Origin: Leptogorgia sarmentosa
Lineage: Eukaryota
Length of the DNA stretch: 64,000 nt
Direction of reading: 5' to 3'
Assembly (NCBI GenBank): GCA_964658305.1
Contig: OZ210885.1
Coordinates: forward strand, 18,538,001 to 18,602,000
Of the stretch, positions 61,528 through 64,000 are shown piece after piece (within the stretch, counting starts at the first letter, position 1; each line of letters begins with the position of its first letter). The notes below the pieces were generated by a model. It searched no databases, was not told the DNA's origin, and saw only the letters and a list, made by a program, of their open reading frames with translations. The position numbers and the translations under genes are program-made.

Positions 61528-62157
61528 TATATATATATTAGCAGTAAGCTATTGCATCAAACAGCGGTTTTACACCCCTAGATGGGCATTGTTGCCATTT
61601 GGCAGCAATTACTTTTGAAATGTCTGAGCAATGAATTCGTTGAACTCAGCCCACCAACAATTGCAGATATTAAAAATGTAATATTTCTATCTTTTGGAAT
61701 TCATGAAACCATTTGGTAAAACATTTTAGATACTTAGAAATAAAGTTACTGAAACCCGGCAATAATCCTACTGTGGAATGCAGTAAAACACTCACATTTT
61801 ATTCTTTAAATACGCGGATTTCAACTTCGCTTTCAAAACAATATGGCGGACAGAAAAAAAAAGGTATATTTCGTATCCGTTTTCTGGTATACTCGACCTT
61901 GCTTGCAACCAGGCGATTTAAAAGCGATTCAGGAAACTGAAATATGTAGTTTTTCTTTGTTACAACTACTGTAGAAATATCTTCGTCATTTTAGACGTTT
62001 TTTCATGGTGTCTGTGCTCAATATACCGAAAGAGTACTGACAGTTTCCGTGTTTTTTGCATTTTAAAGCGAGCGGCCATTTTGTATTTTTGTGACTTTGT
62101 GGTTATATTTTGTCTTGATTGGTCATGTGCTTCAATGTGTTTTAAAACAATTAAATT

Positions 62158-62243
62158 TATATTGATCGTAAGCATTATGGGCTGATACACAAGCATGTTT
62201 TAACATGCTTGTGTATCAGCCCATAATGCTTGCGATCAATATA
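62158..62243. repeat. Near-perfect palindrome, 42-bp arms, 2-nt centre
   Basis: TATATTGATCG..AAGCATGTT-TT-AACATGCTT..CGATCAATATA with one mismatch. Confidence 0.9.
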
Positions 62244-62298
62244 CAGCGTTAATACACCGAGGATTTGCATTTTCGCATAATTGTCTCATTTAATTTAA

Positions 62299-62469
62299 AG
62301 CTGGTTCTCACTGAACATAAGCAAAAGGGCAAGCATAAGCATAACATAAACAAATGAAGACCTTGCGTTCTTTCTTGTGCTTATGTTGGTTTATTTCTTC
62401 GGTTTGGCAAATGAGGTATGCGTATGCTTTTGCTTGCGCTAATGCTTATATGTTCAGTGAGAACCAACT
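62299..62469. mobile_element. Small MITE (Harbinger-like ends)
   Basis: AGCTGGTTCTCACTGAACATA...TATGTTCAGTGAGAACCAACT with internal GCATAA repeats. Confidence 0.6.
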
Positions 62470-62544
62470 TTTAACCTCGCTGGTTTTTCCCCGAATTATG
62501 CTAAGTCAAGTGTTTTTGGAACTCGATCTAATTGTTTTTGGCTT

Positions 62545-63865
62545 TCTAATACCGAAAAGTGGTATACTCGACCTGTTTCAATAAACTCAACCTTCGTGTA
62601 GCGTGCAGGTGTCAAAATGAATCTGTGCCTGCAGCTTATAAAATTTACCAACAAATATACAATTTAATAGTTAGAAGGTCGACAATACCGAAAAGTGGTA
62701 TACTCGACCGGTTTCAATAAACTCGACTTCAGGTGTCAAAATGCTGTACATGCACGTTAGTAATTTTAACTGCCAGTTATTGTCCTACCTTGCCAAAAAA
62801 ATCTCTACCCAACAGCTTATAAAATTTAGCAACAAATATGCAATTCAACAGATAGAAGGTCGACAATACCGAAAAGTGGTATACTCGACCGGCTGCAATA
62901 AACTCGACCGGCTGCAATAAACTTGACCTTCAGGTGTCAAAATATTGTACATGCACGTTAGTAATTTACTGTCAGTTATTGTCCTACCTTTCACAGAAAA
63001 TCTGTACCCAACAGCTTATAAAATTTACCAACAAATATATAATTCAACAGATAGAAGGTCGACAATACCGGAAAGTGGTATACTCGACCGCATTCAATAA
63101 ACTCGATTTTAATGCAGTTGTCAAAATGAATCTGTGCATGCAGCTTATATATAAAATTTACCAACAAATATACAATTCAATAGTTGGAAGGTCGACAATA
63201 CCGAAAAGTGGTATACTCGACCACCTTCAATAAACTCGACCTTCATGCAGTTGTCAAAATGAATCTGTGCATGCAGCTTAAAAAATTTCCCAACAAATAT
63301 ACAATTCAACAGATAGAAGGTCGACAATACCGAAAAGTGGTATACTCGACCGCCTTCAATAAACTCGACCTTCATGCATGCAGTTGTCAAAATAAATCTG
63401 TGCATGCAGCTCATAAAATTTACCAACAAATATACAATTCAATAGTTGGAAGGTCGACAATACCGAAAAGTGGCATACTCGACCGCCTTCAATAAACTCG
63501 ACCTTCATGCAGTTGTCAAAATGAATCTGTGCATGCAGCTCATAAAATTCACCAACCAATATACAATTCAATAGTTAGAAGGACCGAAAAGTGGTATACT
63601 CGACCGGTTGCAATAAACTCGACTTTCAGGTGTCAAATGGTGCACCAACATATATACAATTCAATAATTGGAATTATAGGTTGACAATACCAAAAATTGT
63701 TGGTAAAATTTATAACTAAAGCTGTTGGGTAGAGATTTTTTGTTAAAGGTAGGACAATAACTGGCAGTAAATTACTAACGTGCATGTACAACATTTTGAC
63801 ACTTGAGGATCGAGTTTATTTGTCTAGCCGGTCGAGTATACCACTTTTCGGTATTGTCGACTTGA
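62545..63865. repeat. Tandem satellite, ~120-bp basic unit (variants to ~200 bp), last unit inverted
   Basis: About 8 direct copies of the core GGTCGACAATACCGAAAAGTGGTATACTCGACC plus one inverted copy (~63830-63863). Confidence 0.88.
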
Positions 63866-64000
63866 AATTGCAATTTGCAATGCTGTATATTTTATAAAGG
63901 TGTAATAATAAACATAGGCGTACGAGTGAAGGAAAATTTGGGCAAGTGTTTGTAGGTTGGCCTATTTTTGTTACTGTATGAAATTTATTTATTGACAATA

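Larger units (their letters stand above)
51161..61611 (-). mobile_element. piggyBac transposon, decayed, hosting nested insertions
   Basis: TTAA|CCCTTTACTGGGCA end at 51157-51174; ~40-bp subterminal inverted repeat at 51290-51331 / 61570-61611. Transposase motifs SVDEQIIP, FFDNWFT, YNESMGGVDLAD, C-terminal CRHC..CDKCNVCLC..CFREFH. The second TIR was not found. Confidence 0.85.

Noticed and set aside
62545..63865. CRISPR-like array (33-36-bp palindromic repeats at regular spacing)
   Set aside because: The intervening sequences are homologous to each other rather than unique spacers, there are no cas genes, and the context is eukaryotic. It is a satellite.

Overview
This window is AT-rich eukaryotic (animal) DNA, probably cnidarian-like; that is inferred from the TE families and GT-AG introns. 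It is almost entirely nested transposable elements, and I found no intact host gene, tRNA, rRNA or CRISPR array. One element is intact and very young: a BEL/Pao LTR retrotransposon (52486-59334) with identical 212-bp LTRs, a 5-bp TSD and a single ~2040-aa ORF. It sits inside a MITE that sits inside a piggyBac. A large cluster of Penelope-like elements (PLEs, mostly Hydra-clade-like) carries about 10 hammerhead-ribozyme cores, many in foldback arrangement. Decayed copies of Helitron, Harbinger, ISL2EU, hAT (x3), Tc1/mariner, DIRS, Gypsy, LINE and piggyBac elements fill the rest, along with MITEs and a ~120-bp satellite. The four most interesting observations are: (1) the BEL element lacks a TGG tRNA primer site, and its PBS position is complementary to the loop of a hairpin inside its own LTR (candidate self-priming); (2) a covarying bulged hairpin lies just downstream of the ribozyme in five PLE families, and integrated 3' ends stop at its base; (3) a CRESS/parvovirus-like HUH+SF3 helicase Rep relic; (4) a spliced CIDE-N + Zator-like DDE transposase + PHD gene. 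Family calls come from motif recognition by eye, not database searches, and boundaries of decayed elements are approximate.
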